From Halalkalibacterium halodurans (GTDB lineage: Bacteria > Bacillota > Bacilli > Bacillales > Bacillaceae_D), in assembly GCF_004376175.1 (NCBI RefSeq), contig NZ_SNUY01000025.1, forward strand, positions 1 to 32,000: a stretch of DNA of 32,000 bases, given 5' to 3'. Positions 1 through 7,011 of the stretch are shown one piece after another; positions within the stretch are counted from its first letter, which is position 1, and each line of letters starts with the position of its first letter. The notes under the pieces were generated by a model. It was not told the DNA's origin. It did no database searches and saw only the letters and a list, made by a program, of their open reading frames with translations. Both the position numbers and the translations under genes were made by a program.

Positions 1-128
1 TCATTAAAGTGGCTAGTAAATTAGTGAAATCAGGACGATCCCTTCATTTTAAATTGTCCTCTAGTTTTGTATACCAAGATTTTTTCTGGAAAGTACTTCA
101 GCGGATTCAACAGCTAAAGCTAGGATAA
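1..128 (+). CDS. 3' end of a DDE transposase gene (IS4/IS1380-like); the 5' part lies outside the window
   Basis: Frame 3 is open from the window edge to TAA at 126-128. It reads IKVASKLVKSGRSLHFKLSSSFVYQDFFWKVLQRIQQLKLG*. The G-R-x-L-x-x-K-L-S-x-S-aromatic tail resembles C-termini of IS4/IS1380-type transposases as I recall them. The family call is from memory only. The IS right end must lie within 129-326 but cannot be placed. Confidence 0.45.
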   Translation, partial: IKVASKLVKSGRSLHFKLSSSFVYQDFFWKVLQRIQQLKLG

Positions 129-326
129 AATCAAAAAATCCTGTTTTTTAAAACACGATTTAAGACCAAGGGAGAAGTATGCCCACAAACAGGCATTTTT
201 CCGCTCCTCATTCTAGAAAGATGCTTTTCAGAAGAAAAATAACCATGATTCTTTCAAAGGGATCGGGAATCTAATCGTTTTTGGCCTAAAACCCTGATTT
301 ATGTTCGAGGTATGAATAATTCAGGA

Positions 327-512
327 TCAATTATCCTTTTTTTCATTTATCTTTCGCCTTTTTACCTTTTTTCGTTTTCCACGTATCCATTTCACCATAT
401 CCTTTGCGGTACGATCCTTCTCAAGGACCGAAGGATAGTGACCAAACTCCGGGGCTACCTCTTCTTGAAACCATCTACTCTCTCTTGCTTGGAGACGATA
501 CCGTTTTTTCAC
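327..512 (-). CDS. hypothetical small basic protein (61 aa)
   Basis: ORF VKKRYRLQARESRWFQEEVAPEFGHYPSVLEKDRTAKDMVKWIRGKRKKVKRRKINEKKDN. It has a GTG start at 512-510, preceded by a strong SD (AAAGGAGGG, spacer about 6 nt). It lies downstream of the ylqH terminator. I recognise no family. Confidence 0.4.
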   Translation of the reverse strand: MKKRYRLQARESRWFQEEVAPEFGHYPSVLEKDRTAKDMVKWIRGKRKKVKRRKINEKKDN

Positions 513-610
513 GTAGTTCCCTCCTTTCAGTTAGGTCGATCACTTAGAAAACCTCGCCTGTCGACCAGTTTTTATTGACTAGAGACGATCGTTTCCTTTC
601 GTGTAAAATA

Positions 611-655
611 TAAAAAAGCTAGCCATCGTTAGTATGCACACGAACAATGGCTAGC
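611..655 (-). terminator. rho-independent terminator after ylqH
   Basis: Perfect 9-bp stem GCTAGCCAT (655-647) / ATGGCTAGC (626-618) on the minus strand, followed by TTTTTTAT (617-610). The loop is long (20 nt), which lowers confidence. Confidence 0.5.
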
Positions 656-659
656 ATGT

Positions 660-938
660 TTAAGACTTATCAGAATGCTGATCGATTTGATAAATGAACG
701 CAAACAGCTCCGCTACTACCTCATATAGCTCCTCAGGTATCGTTTCGTTAATTTCTAGCTGGCCTAGTAGCTCCACAAGAGAAGGATCTTTTTGGATCGG
801 GACTTTCGCTTCTTCTGCTCGTTTAATCAGTTCATCTGCTACAAGTCCTTTCCCCTTTCCAATGATGCGGGGGGCTTTTTCCTTTTCTCGGTTATAGCGA
901 ACAGCCATTGCTTGCCTTCGTTCCTCATGTTGCCTCAT
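660..938 (-). CDS. ylqH: FlhB C-terminal-domain-like protein (YlqH family, EscU/YscU/HrcU type III export switch paralogue)
   Basis: AVRYNREKEKAPRIIGKGKGLVADELIKRAEEAKVPIQKDPSLVELLGQLEINETIPEELYEVVAELFAFIY matches the post-NPTH subdomain of FlhB and B. subtilis YlqH. I place the start at ATG 938-936, which overlaps the TGA of the upstream gene (ATGA). The longest ORF runs to 986 but that stretch lies inside ylqG. Confidence 0.8.
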   Translation of the reverse strand: MRQHEERRQAMAVRYNREKEKAPRIIGKGKGLVADELIKRAEEAKVPIQKDPSLVELLGQLEINETIPEELYEVVAELFAFIYQIDQHSDKS

Positions 939-2662
939 ATGCGTACGTCCACCCCTTGATAGCCTATTTTCTCCGGAGATTGCCACGAAATGGCGTTCTT
1001 TTTTTCAGTCTCAATCTCTTTCCAGACGAGGGAGGACAAGCTATAGTCTTGCCGTTCTAATCCGCTTTTTAAGACAGGTAATAACCCGCTCATTAACAAG
1101 GTAGGCTTCGGGTGTTCATTAAAAATCGTAACAGCTAAAATCCGATGCTGGATTTGTACATCGACGATTGTTTCCTTCAAATGCGCTAACGATAAATAAA
1201 ACAATATTCGACAATGGTCGGGACTTAGCTGACCGTCCGCCTGCCGTTTTCCTTCCCATTGAATCGTCAAATCGGTCTGGAAACTGCCAAGCATAAGCGG
1301 AAGCTGAATCGCCGTTTGCGTGATCGGCCCCGACGTTTCACTCGCTACAAGCTGATGCCCCGTTACTCGGTTTAATACCGCTTCGAGCCGTTCTTTCATT
1401 TTTGGCGAAAGTTCTTGCTGCATGAGCTGGAGCAGCAAGCCTTTCATCCGATCGTTGGCGAGTGGATCTGTTCCTTGTTGAAAGCTTTGTCCTACTTCTC
1501 GCTCATATTGCAAACCGAGCGCTTGTAAAAGACGAATGAGTTGGGCTGCGATTGGCGAGCTCGTCCCTGTCCCTCCTATCTGCTGCTGAGGGGAGGAAAG
1601 CTGAAAGGAAGTGGTCCACGCAAGCTGCTCCTCTCGAGATAGATTCACTCCGTTTCCCGATAAGAAGGAGGTGATCATAGCTGGAGTCACCTTTGAGCCC
1701 AAAAGCTGAACTAACGCGATCAGTTGTTGGCTACCTTTTTCTCCAGGTGGGATGCTCCCTTCTGCCATTAGTCGCTGAAATAACTCCCTCGGTGCCAACT
1801 CCCGAACCATTTCATTCGTTAATGTCGGCCATAGTTGCTGCACGATTTCACGGTTTTCCGGTCGCATGAGCGCTTGCTGGAACCGTGAGAAGAACGACTC
1901 TCTCGTTTCTCCTTGATTCATGATACCGAGACGGTTAAGAAGTTGAACAGCTCCTTCACGAACGGACGGCTCAAGTCGATCATTTGCTACCATAGACAAA
2001 AGCTCAATGACCGGTGAACGTCCTTGAGGAATCTTCCCGTCTTGCATTAACGCCTCCATTCGTGCACCGTATGATTCAAGCTGGGGGTGAGCGCGAAGTT
2101 GCTGGATGAGCTCTGTTAGCTGAGATGATAACGGAGGGCCTTCTTGAAGGGCACGGTAGGCAGAAAATGTTTCAGAGGTTATCGGCAGCTGTCGCAAGAG
2201 CATTCCTTGTAATAACCGAACACCTTCCTCATTTAACATTCCAGCAGTCGTTAAGATTGGAGCTCCTGCTTCAATCGTCCCTTTCGTAAACGGCATTCGC
2301 ATCCCCGTTAGCTGACTAGCCAACCATTCATTCGTTTTCGTCTGGGCTAGGCCTAGCTGTTGAAGCAGTTCCTTGATCATTCCCGCCTGATCTCCCTGTA
2401 CGGGGAATGGTTGCTGTGACAATACTTTTAGCCGCGGAACACCACTGCTTTCTTCTTGCACTTGAAAAAAATAGTCCTTTCCAGCAGATAGGGCTGCTTC
2501 TAATCTTGCCGTTAACGTCATTCGTCCGAGCTGCAAAGCGACGAGGTTATTCGGAAACAGCTTAACGATCTTTCCTTTGACAACTTGCCCCTGTGAGAGC
2601 TGAATCGTTCTTGGTGCTTGTGTTCGTTCGGTTTGAGAAAACGCCGATCCTTGAACGAGCAT
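935..2662 (-). CDS. ylqG: YlqG-like protein with a FliK-like (hook-length control, Flg_hook-type) C-terminal region
   Basis: 575-aa ORF in the syntenic position after rnhB. The Q/L-rich central region and the C-terminal segment IQLPLMLGSFQTDLTIQWEGK...ILFYLSLAHLKETIVDVQIQHRILAVTIFNEHPKPTLLMSGLLPVLKSGLERQDY resemble the FliK C-terminal domain pattern. ATG at 2662 follows a G-rich SD-like run. Confidence 0.7.
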   Translation of the reverse strand: MLVQGSAFSQTERTQAPRTIQLSQGQVVKGKIVKLFPNNLVALQLGRMTLTARLEAALSAGKDYFFQVQEESSGVPRLKVLSQQPFPVQGDQAGMIKELLQQLGLAQTKTNEWLASQLTGMRMPFTKGTIEAGAPILTTAGMLNEEGVRLLQGMLLRQLPITSETFSAYRALQEGPPLSSQLTELIQQLRAHPQLESYGARMEALMQDGKIPQGRSPVIELLSMVANDRLEPSVREGAVQLLNRLGIMNQGETRESFFSRFQQALMRPENREIVQQLWPTLTNEMVRELAPRELFQRLMAEGSIPPGEKGSQQLIALVQLLGSKVTPAMITSFLSGNGVNLSREEQLAWTTSFQLSSPQQQIGGTGTSSPIAAQLIRLLQALGLQYEREVGQSFQQGTDPLANDRMKGLLLQLMQQELSPKMKERLEAVLNRVTGHQLVASETSGPITQTAIQLPLMLGSFQTDLTIQWEGKRQADGQLSPDHCRILFYLSLAHLKETIVDVQIQHRILAVTIFNEHPKPTLLMSGLLPVLKSGLERQDYSLSSLVWKEIETEKKNAISWQSPEKIGYQGVDVRI

Positions 2663-2685
2663 TCCCCGACCCCCCTATAAAAAAA

Positions 2686-3477
2686 TTACGATGTTTGTCT
2701 AGTAGCCGCTGTTTCCTGGACAGGCCTGAAAGAACGGCGGTGCTCCGGTGTAATTCCGTGTGCGTTCAAGGCCGCAAGATGTTCTTCTGTCCCGTAGCCG
2801 ACGTGGCGCTCGAATCCGTATTCAGGATAACGGTTGGCCAAATCGGCCATGTAACGATCGCGCGTCACTTTCGCTAGTACCGAGCTTGCAGCGATGGACA
2901 AGCTTTTTTGGTCCCCTTTTATTAACGATTGTTGCGGGAGGGAGAGGGGCAAGTTCATCGCATCAAGCAGGAGCGCGTCTGGATTGACAGATAGCTGGTC
3001 GATGGCGCTCATCATCCCTTGTTTCGTCGCCTGATAAATACTCACCTCATCTATTACAGTAACAGGTACAATCGCCACACTCCACGCGAGCGCCACTTCC
3101 TTTATCCGATCATAAAAAGACTCCCTTGTCTCTTTTGCTAGCTTTTTAGAATCGGTCAAACCTGGAAGCTGGACGTCTTTTGGCAAAATAACAGCTGCGG
3201 TCACAACCGGCCCAGCCAACGGCCCCCTCCCAACTTCGTCCAAGCCTGCTACATGCTCATATCCTTTGGCCCAAAGATCTTTCTCGTACGCGAGCATCTC
3301 TTCATGCTCCATCCAAAGGGCCTTCTCCTTTTCTAATTGACGTTCATAGCGTTTCAGGGCACTTTGCACCCCTTTTCGTTCATCAGCCTTTAGCATCGCT
3401 AAAAAGGTTTCATCGATTGACGCATCCCCTTGACGTAACAGTGCGTCAATTTCTTTTATCGATAACCGTTTGCTCAC
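2686..3477 (-). CDS. rnhB: ribonuclease HII
   Basis: GLDEVGRGPLAGPVV catalytic motif, DSKKL, 263 aa. GTG start at 3477 with AAGGAGAG upstream. Syntenic after rbgA. Confidence 0.95.
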   Translation of the reverse strand: MSKRLSIKEIDALLRQGDASIDETFLAMLKADERKGVQSALKRYERQLEKEKALWMEHEEMLAYEKDLWAKGYEHVAGLDEVGRGPLAGPVVTAAVILPKDVQLPGLTDSKKLAKETRESFYDRIKEVALAWSVAIVPVTVIDEVSIYQATKQGMMSAIDQLSVNPDALLLDAMNLPLSLPQQSLIKGDQKSLSIAASSVLAKVTRDRYMADLANRYPEYGFERHVGYGTEEHLAALNAHGITPEHRRSFRPVQETAATRQTS

Positions 3478-3559
3478 GGGTAGCCACTCTCCTTATGTAT
3501 GGTATCGGCGTATTTTATGTCTGTTTTTACCCACCGACGTAAGGTTTTAATTGATCGAG

Positions 3560-3591
3560 AAAAAACCGTCTAGTGACTTGCCACTAAACGG
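3560..3591 (-). terminator. possible attenuating terminator overlapping the rbgA stop codon
   Basis: Minus strand CCGTTTAGTG (3591-3582) / CACTAGACGG (3575-3566), 10 bp with one mismatch, then TTTTTT (3565-3560). The stem contains the rbgA TAG codon. Confidence 0.4.
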
Positions 3592-4438
3592 TCTTTCCCG
3601 GCACTTCAAGTGTGATTCTTCCGAGCGTCCCTGCCCGTAATTCCCGTAAAATCATTTCTGCTGTTTTATCGTAGTCGATGTAACCACCAGACAATAAATG
3701 GCCTCGTTTTTTCCCGATCGCATCAAACAATGTGACACCGTCTTTCGGAAGCTCATTTAGTTTGTAACGATCCATTAGGCGATCTGGATACATCTCCCGC
3801 ATGTAACGAAGGACAAATAATGCCACATCCTGAAAGTCTAACAGCTCGTCCTTGATCGCACCAGTCGCAGCTAACCGAAAGCCTGTTGCTTGATCATCGA
3901 ACTTCGGCCATAAAATTCCCGGAGTATCTAGAAGTTCAAGCTCTTTTCCGACCTTGATCCATTGCTGCTGTTTCGTAATACCTGGACGATCGCCGACTTT
4001 GGCGATTCGTTTCGATGCGAGCCGATTAATAAGCGTTGATTTCCCTACATTCGGAATTCCTAAAATCATCGCACGAATGGCGCGTGGCTTCATTCCTTTT
4101 GCTCGCTGCTTTTCGATCAAGGCTTGGGCCAATGTTTGACATGCTGAAGAGATTCGGGAAACCCCTTGTCCGGTCTGGGCATTGATTGGAAGGACGGTCG
4201 CTCCGCCTTCTTCAAAAAAGCGGGTCCATTCCTTTGTTTTGCTCGGATCGGCTAAATCGTCTTTATTTAACAAGACGAGGCGCGGCTTATGAGCAACAAT
4301 TTCGTCCATCATCGGGTTGCGTGACGATAACGGTACCCTTGCATCCAATAGCTCAATCACGACGTCGATGAGCTTTAGCTTTTCCGTTACTTCCCGGCGC
4401 GCCTTTGCCATATGTCCTGGAAACCATTGAATGGTCAT
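3584..4438 (-). CDS. rbgA: ribosome biogenesis GTPase A (YlqF/RbgA)
   Basis: [18 protein letters not shown]-terminus and circularly permuted GTPase motifs ([23 protein letters not shown]). 284 aa. Confidence 0.95.
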   Translation of the reverse strand: MTIQWFPGHMAKARREVTEKLKLIDVVIELLDARVPLSSRNPMMDEIVAHKPRLVLLNKDDLADPSKTKEWTRFFEEGGATVLPINAQTGQGVSRISSACQTLAQALIEKQRAKGMKPRAIRAMILGIPNVGKSTLINRLASKRIAKVGDRPGITKQQQWIKVGKELELLDTPGILWPKFDDQATGFRLAATGAIKDELLDFQDVALFVLRYMREMYPDRLMDRYKLNELPKDGVTLFDAIGKKRGHLLSGGYIDYDKTAEMILRELRAGTLGRITLEVPGKTV

Positions 4439-4835
4439 AGATTACGCTCCCTCAATAAAGTTTAATTTTCTCGCTAATACTCGTGTATTCTCCAAATTTC
4501 ACTAACACCAAATAGTAATCTCACCAGTACTACTGGATAGAAGTAGAACGAATTAAAATTTCTTACAGGGGATAATCCATCCTAACGTCCAAACTGGTAT
4601 AGTTTGGTAATTGAGTAGTATGACCGTGCCTATAAATCTCCACGCTACTCACGGTCGCTAACCCTCCCATGTCTCTCCGGATTGGTATCCATACCTTCCT
4701 TCGTCCTGCGTATCCATGAGGTGGAGGTCGGATAAGCTCCTTTGCTGGGTCATAAGCCCGTATGGTGAAAATAAACTCCGACTCTGCACTATTGGTGTTT
4801 GTTATTTGTAAGTATACAGATGATGCACGGCTTTA

Positions 4836-4931
4836 CATGGAGTGGCGGGCATGGTAGGCTTCCTTAGCCATGGGCGAATCATTGGATGACTCGCCGCTTC
4901 GCCAAGGAGCCATGCCCGCAGAGGCTCCGTG
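4836..4931. repeat. 96-nt near-perfect hairpin / palindromic element 3' of the IS110 recombinase
   Basis: Nested complementary arms: CATGGAG/CTCCGTG (4836-4842 / 4925-4931); GCGGGCATGG/CCATGCCCGC (4845-4854 / 4910-4919); GGCTTCCTTAGCC/GCCAAGGAGCC (4857-4869 / 4901-4911, one bulge); GGCGAATCAT/ATGACTCGCC (4873-4882 / 4886-4895). The apex is TGG at 4883-4885. Two of the three imperfect positions become G-U pairs on the minus-strand RNA. Confidence 0.6.
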
Positions 4932-4963
4932 TCAAGCCACTTTGGGTGATCTGCTTTCTAAGG

Positions 4964-6247
4964 TTACACTGCCTGTAATCCATCCATTTGAGGAATATCT
5001 TTTATTAATCTTGAACCATCAAATTCACACTGTTTTTGACCAATGACAAACAACACACGTAGTAACTTACAACACAAGGCAATCAAAGATTGTTGCTTTT
5101 TCAAAGGGCGTTCAGGGCGTTTGGTGTAATAGTGATGCAGGGCTTTAAATGTTGAATTATGGGCGACAAGGGGACGAATCGCTAAATATAAGGCTCGGCG
5201 TAATCGTTTCCTTCCTCGCTTTGTAATCCTTGTTTGCCCTTTAAATTTACCTGAACTGTGCTCACGTAATGATAGCCCTGCTAAGTTCACTAATTGTTGA
5301 GGATGAGAGTACTTTGAAATGTCCCCAACTTCCGCAAAGAATAATCCAACAGTCACCGCCCCTAAGCCTGGAATTTTCATCATTTGTTGGGCACCAGGTA
5401 ATGTTTCAACGATGGCTTCTAATTCCTGATCCAACTCTTCTAATTGCCGCTTAAAAAGCTCATACTGCTCAATAAGATTCTTCAGTTCACACTTGGCAAA
5501 TTTCAAGCCTACTTCAATTCCAATGCTCTTTTTGGCTGTTTCTACAAGCTTCGTTGCGCGCTTAATGCCAACTCCTCGTTGGACATACGGTTTCCATTCT
5601 TGAAGAACCCTCTCTGGTGTCTTTTTATGAATATCAGAGGGGAACGGAAACAGCTTTAGGGTACAGAGAGCGGCTTTGCCTTCCCAATCTCCAAACACAT
5701 CGAAAAACTCTGGAAAGTAGCGTTGAATCACATTTTGAATGCGACCTTCTGTGATCATTAATTGTTCAGTAAGCTGATCTCGAATTTTTACGCATTCTCT
5801 TAGTTCCGCATATATGCCATCTAAGAGGTTTGGTACAGAGTATCGCCCATCTTTGATTAACTGGGCGATCACTTTTGCGTCTTTCGTATCGTTTTTCGTT
5901 GGAGAATTGTCATCAAGTTCTTTACTTTTCTTAACGTGCATTGGGTTCACGACGACAAAGTCGTAACCTTTTGCCGTTAGATAGTAAGCAAGACTCTTCC
6001 AATAATGTCCTGTTGGTTCTACGCCAAAAATGACGTGATTCTTCTTGTGTTTTTCTTGGTGTTGCTTTACCCACTCAACGAGGGCTTCAAAGCCAAAGAT
6101 TCGATTTTCAAAGATCAAACGCTTTCCAAAGTCTAATCCACGATCATCTTGAGCACGTGCGACATGTTTGTCTTTGGCAATATCAATGCCAATAATGAGT
6201 GTTGATGGTGTGATTTGCGAGATTTTGTGATTTTGAGTATAATTCAT
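4964..6247 (-). CDS. IS110-family transposase/recombinase (DEDD N-terminal domain plus Transposase_20 C-terminal domain)
   Basis: 427 aa. The N-terminal region has LIIGIDIAKDKHVA and FGVEPTGHYW. The C-terminal region has MMKIPGLGAVTVGLFFAEVGDISKYSHPQQLVNLAGLSLREHSSGKFKGQTRITKRGRKRLRRALYLA. AAGGAGGA SD lies 6 nt before ATG 6247. Confidence 0.9.
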   Translation of the reverse strand: MNYTQNHKISQITPSTLIIGIDIAKDKHVARAQDDRGLDFGKRLIFENRIFGFEALVEWVKQHQEKHKKNHVIFGVEPTGHYWKSLAYYLTAKGYDFVVVNPMHVKKSKELDDNSPTKNDTKDAKVIAQLIKDGRYSVPNLLDGIYAELRECVKIRDQLTEQLMITEGRIQNVIQRYFPEFFDVFGDWEGKAALCTLKLFPFPSDIHKKTPERVLQEWKPYVQRGVGIKRATKLVETAKKSIGIEVGLKFAKCELKNLIEQYELFKRQLEELDQELEAIVETLPGAQQMMKIPGLGAVTVGLFFAEVGDISKYSHPQQLVNLAGLSLREHSSGKFKGQTRITKRGRKRLRRALYLAIRPLVAHNSTFKALHHYYTKRPERPLKKQQSLIALCCKLLRVLFVIGQKQCEFDGSRLIKDIPQMDGLQAV

Positions 6248-6578
6248 TACGAGTCCTCCTTGGTTACTAATTTAAGGGTCCATTTTTGCTTCGAAGCTTT
6301 GGACACCTCGTATAATACCAAGAGGGCTCTTTTTTGTTCAATCCTCAAATTTCTTCATTACAGGAATGCTCCTTTCTATAGAACAATGTCGTATGTATTC
6401 ATTATGAGAAAAAGGAGCTTTTTTACACTTTAAAAAGGTTCACTTTTGCATGGACTAAAGTATAAGAAAAAATCGCTTTCGCTAAAGAACTTGGCGATAA
6501 GCCAAGCTTTTCTCATAAGCTCCTGCTTTCAGATCTATGTACATGGGATGCTTTATAAAAAGTCCGTGCACCTTAAAA
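6248..6578 (-). ncRNA. untranslated leader of the IS110 recombinase; candidate bridge/seek RNA
   Basis: About 325 nt lie between the predicted TSS and the recombinase ATG with no credible ORF. A perfect 11-bp inverted repeat TTATGAGAAAA (6402-6412 / 6508-6518) closes a domain of about 117 nt. That domain contains the hairpin CTTGGC-GATAA-GCCAAG (6490-6506). A GTCCA/TGGAC stem lies near 6280-6306. An anti-SD segment at 6318-6326 is complementary to the SD at 6255-6263. Confidence 0.35.
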
Positions 6579-6607
6579 AGGATACCACTGGCGAAAAATG
6601 GTGTCAA
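6579..6607 (-). promoter_or_regulatory. sigma-A-type promoter reading toward the IS110 recombinase
   Basis: Minus strand TTGACA (6607-6602), 17-nt spacer ending in TGg (extended -10), then TATCCT (6584-6579). Confidence 0.45.
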
Positions 6608-6980
6608 CGGGCGGCAGATCCGATCGTTTCGAAGCTCTGTTTAGTTCAATCATAGGTAAGTACCAACGGTTGCGGAATGAAAGGACCTCTGTATGAGGCT
6701 CTAATATCAATGTGGAAGAATAACGCCAAAATAATAGATCATAAAGGCTGCTGAGAAAAGGTCTTCCCCGAGTAAAACATAGAAATCAATTACTGAACCC
6801 TTTAATTCTGAATGGCTATGAAAAATAACATAGATTGTAGCTATTCTTTTGGATTGGTAGCTTTAGTATACTATACTTTATCCCTATTATCCGAAAAGCA
6901 ACAAGTCCCACGGCAGCTTAACGGAATATTTTTTATTAAGTTGGCTCATAAAGTCCAAGATGATGAAAGCCCACCTAATT

Positions 6981-7011
6981 AAAAAGACGGCTCTCACGTT
7001 TGAGAACCGCC
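6981..7011 (-). terminator. rho-independent terminator of rplS
   Basis: Minus strand GGCGGTTCTCA (7011-7001) / TGAGAGCCGTC (6996-6986), 11 bp including two G-U pairs, loop AACG, then TTTTT (6985-6981). On the plus strand the same two positions are A-C mismatches, so the hairpin favours the minus strand. Confidence 0.7.

Larger units (their letters stand above)
4836..6607 (-). mobile_element. IS110-family insertion sequence (approximate minimal extent; true ends unresolved)
   Basis: The span contains the IS110-type recombinase gene, its promoter-bearing 5' leader and the 3' hairpin. IS110 elements lack terminal inverted repeats and target duplications, so the ends cannot be read from a single copy. 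Confidence 0.55.

Noticed and set aside
4589-4625. tRNA-like D-arm string GGTATAGTTTGGTAA.
   Set aside because: There is no acceptor stem, no anticodon arm and no GTTCGAATC-type T-loop nearby. It is simply the loop and 3' arm of the CCAAACT/AGTTTGG hairpin.
4836-4931. Reading the long hairpin itself as the bridge RNA.
   Set aside because: It is almost fully paired and the internal loops are only 2-5 nt. Described bridge RNAs need two larger internal loops carrying the guide segments. I kept it only as a structural or target element.
6290-6636. 9-bp direct repeat TTCGAAGCT (6290-6298 and 6628-6636) as possible IS-end or target-duplication signal.
   Set aside because: About ten chance 9-mer repeats are expected in a 2.6 kb region. 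Both copies lie inside the putative leader and promoter region, not at plausible ends.
6215-6655. Plus-strand ORFs 6215-6433 (72 aa) and 6446-6655 (69 aa, TTG start) upstream of the recombinase.
   Set aside because: They have no SD and low-complexity, Lys/Ser/Leu-rich AT-biased translations. The first overlaps the recombinase start. More likely they are chance ORFs in an AT-rich leader.
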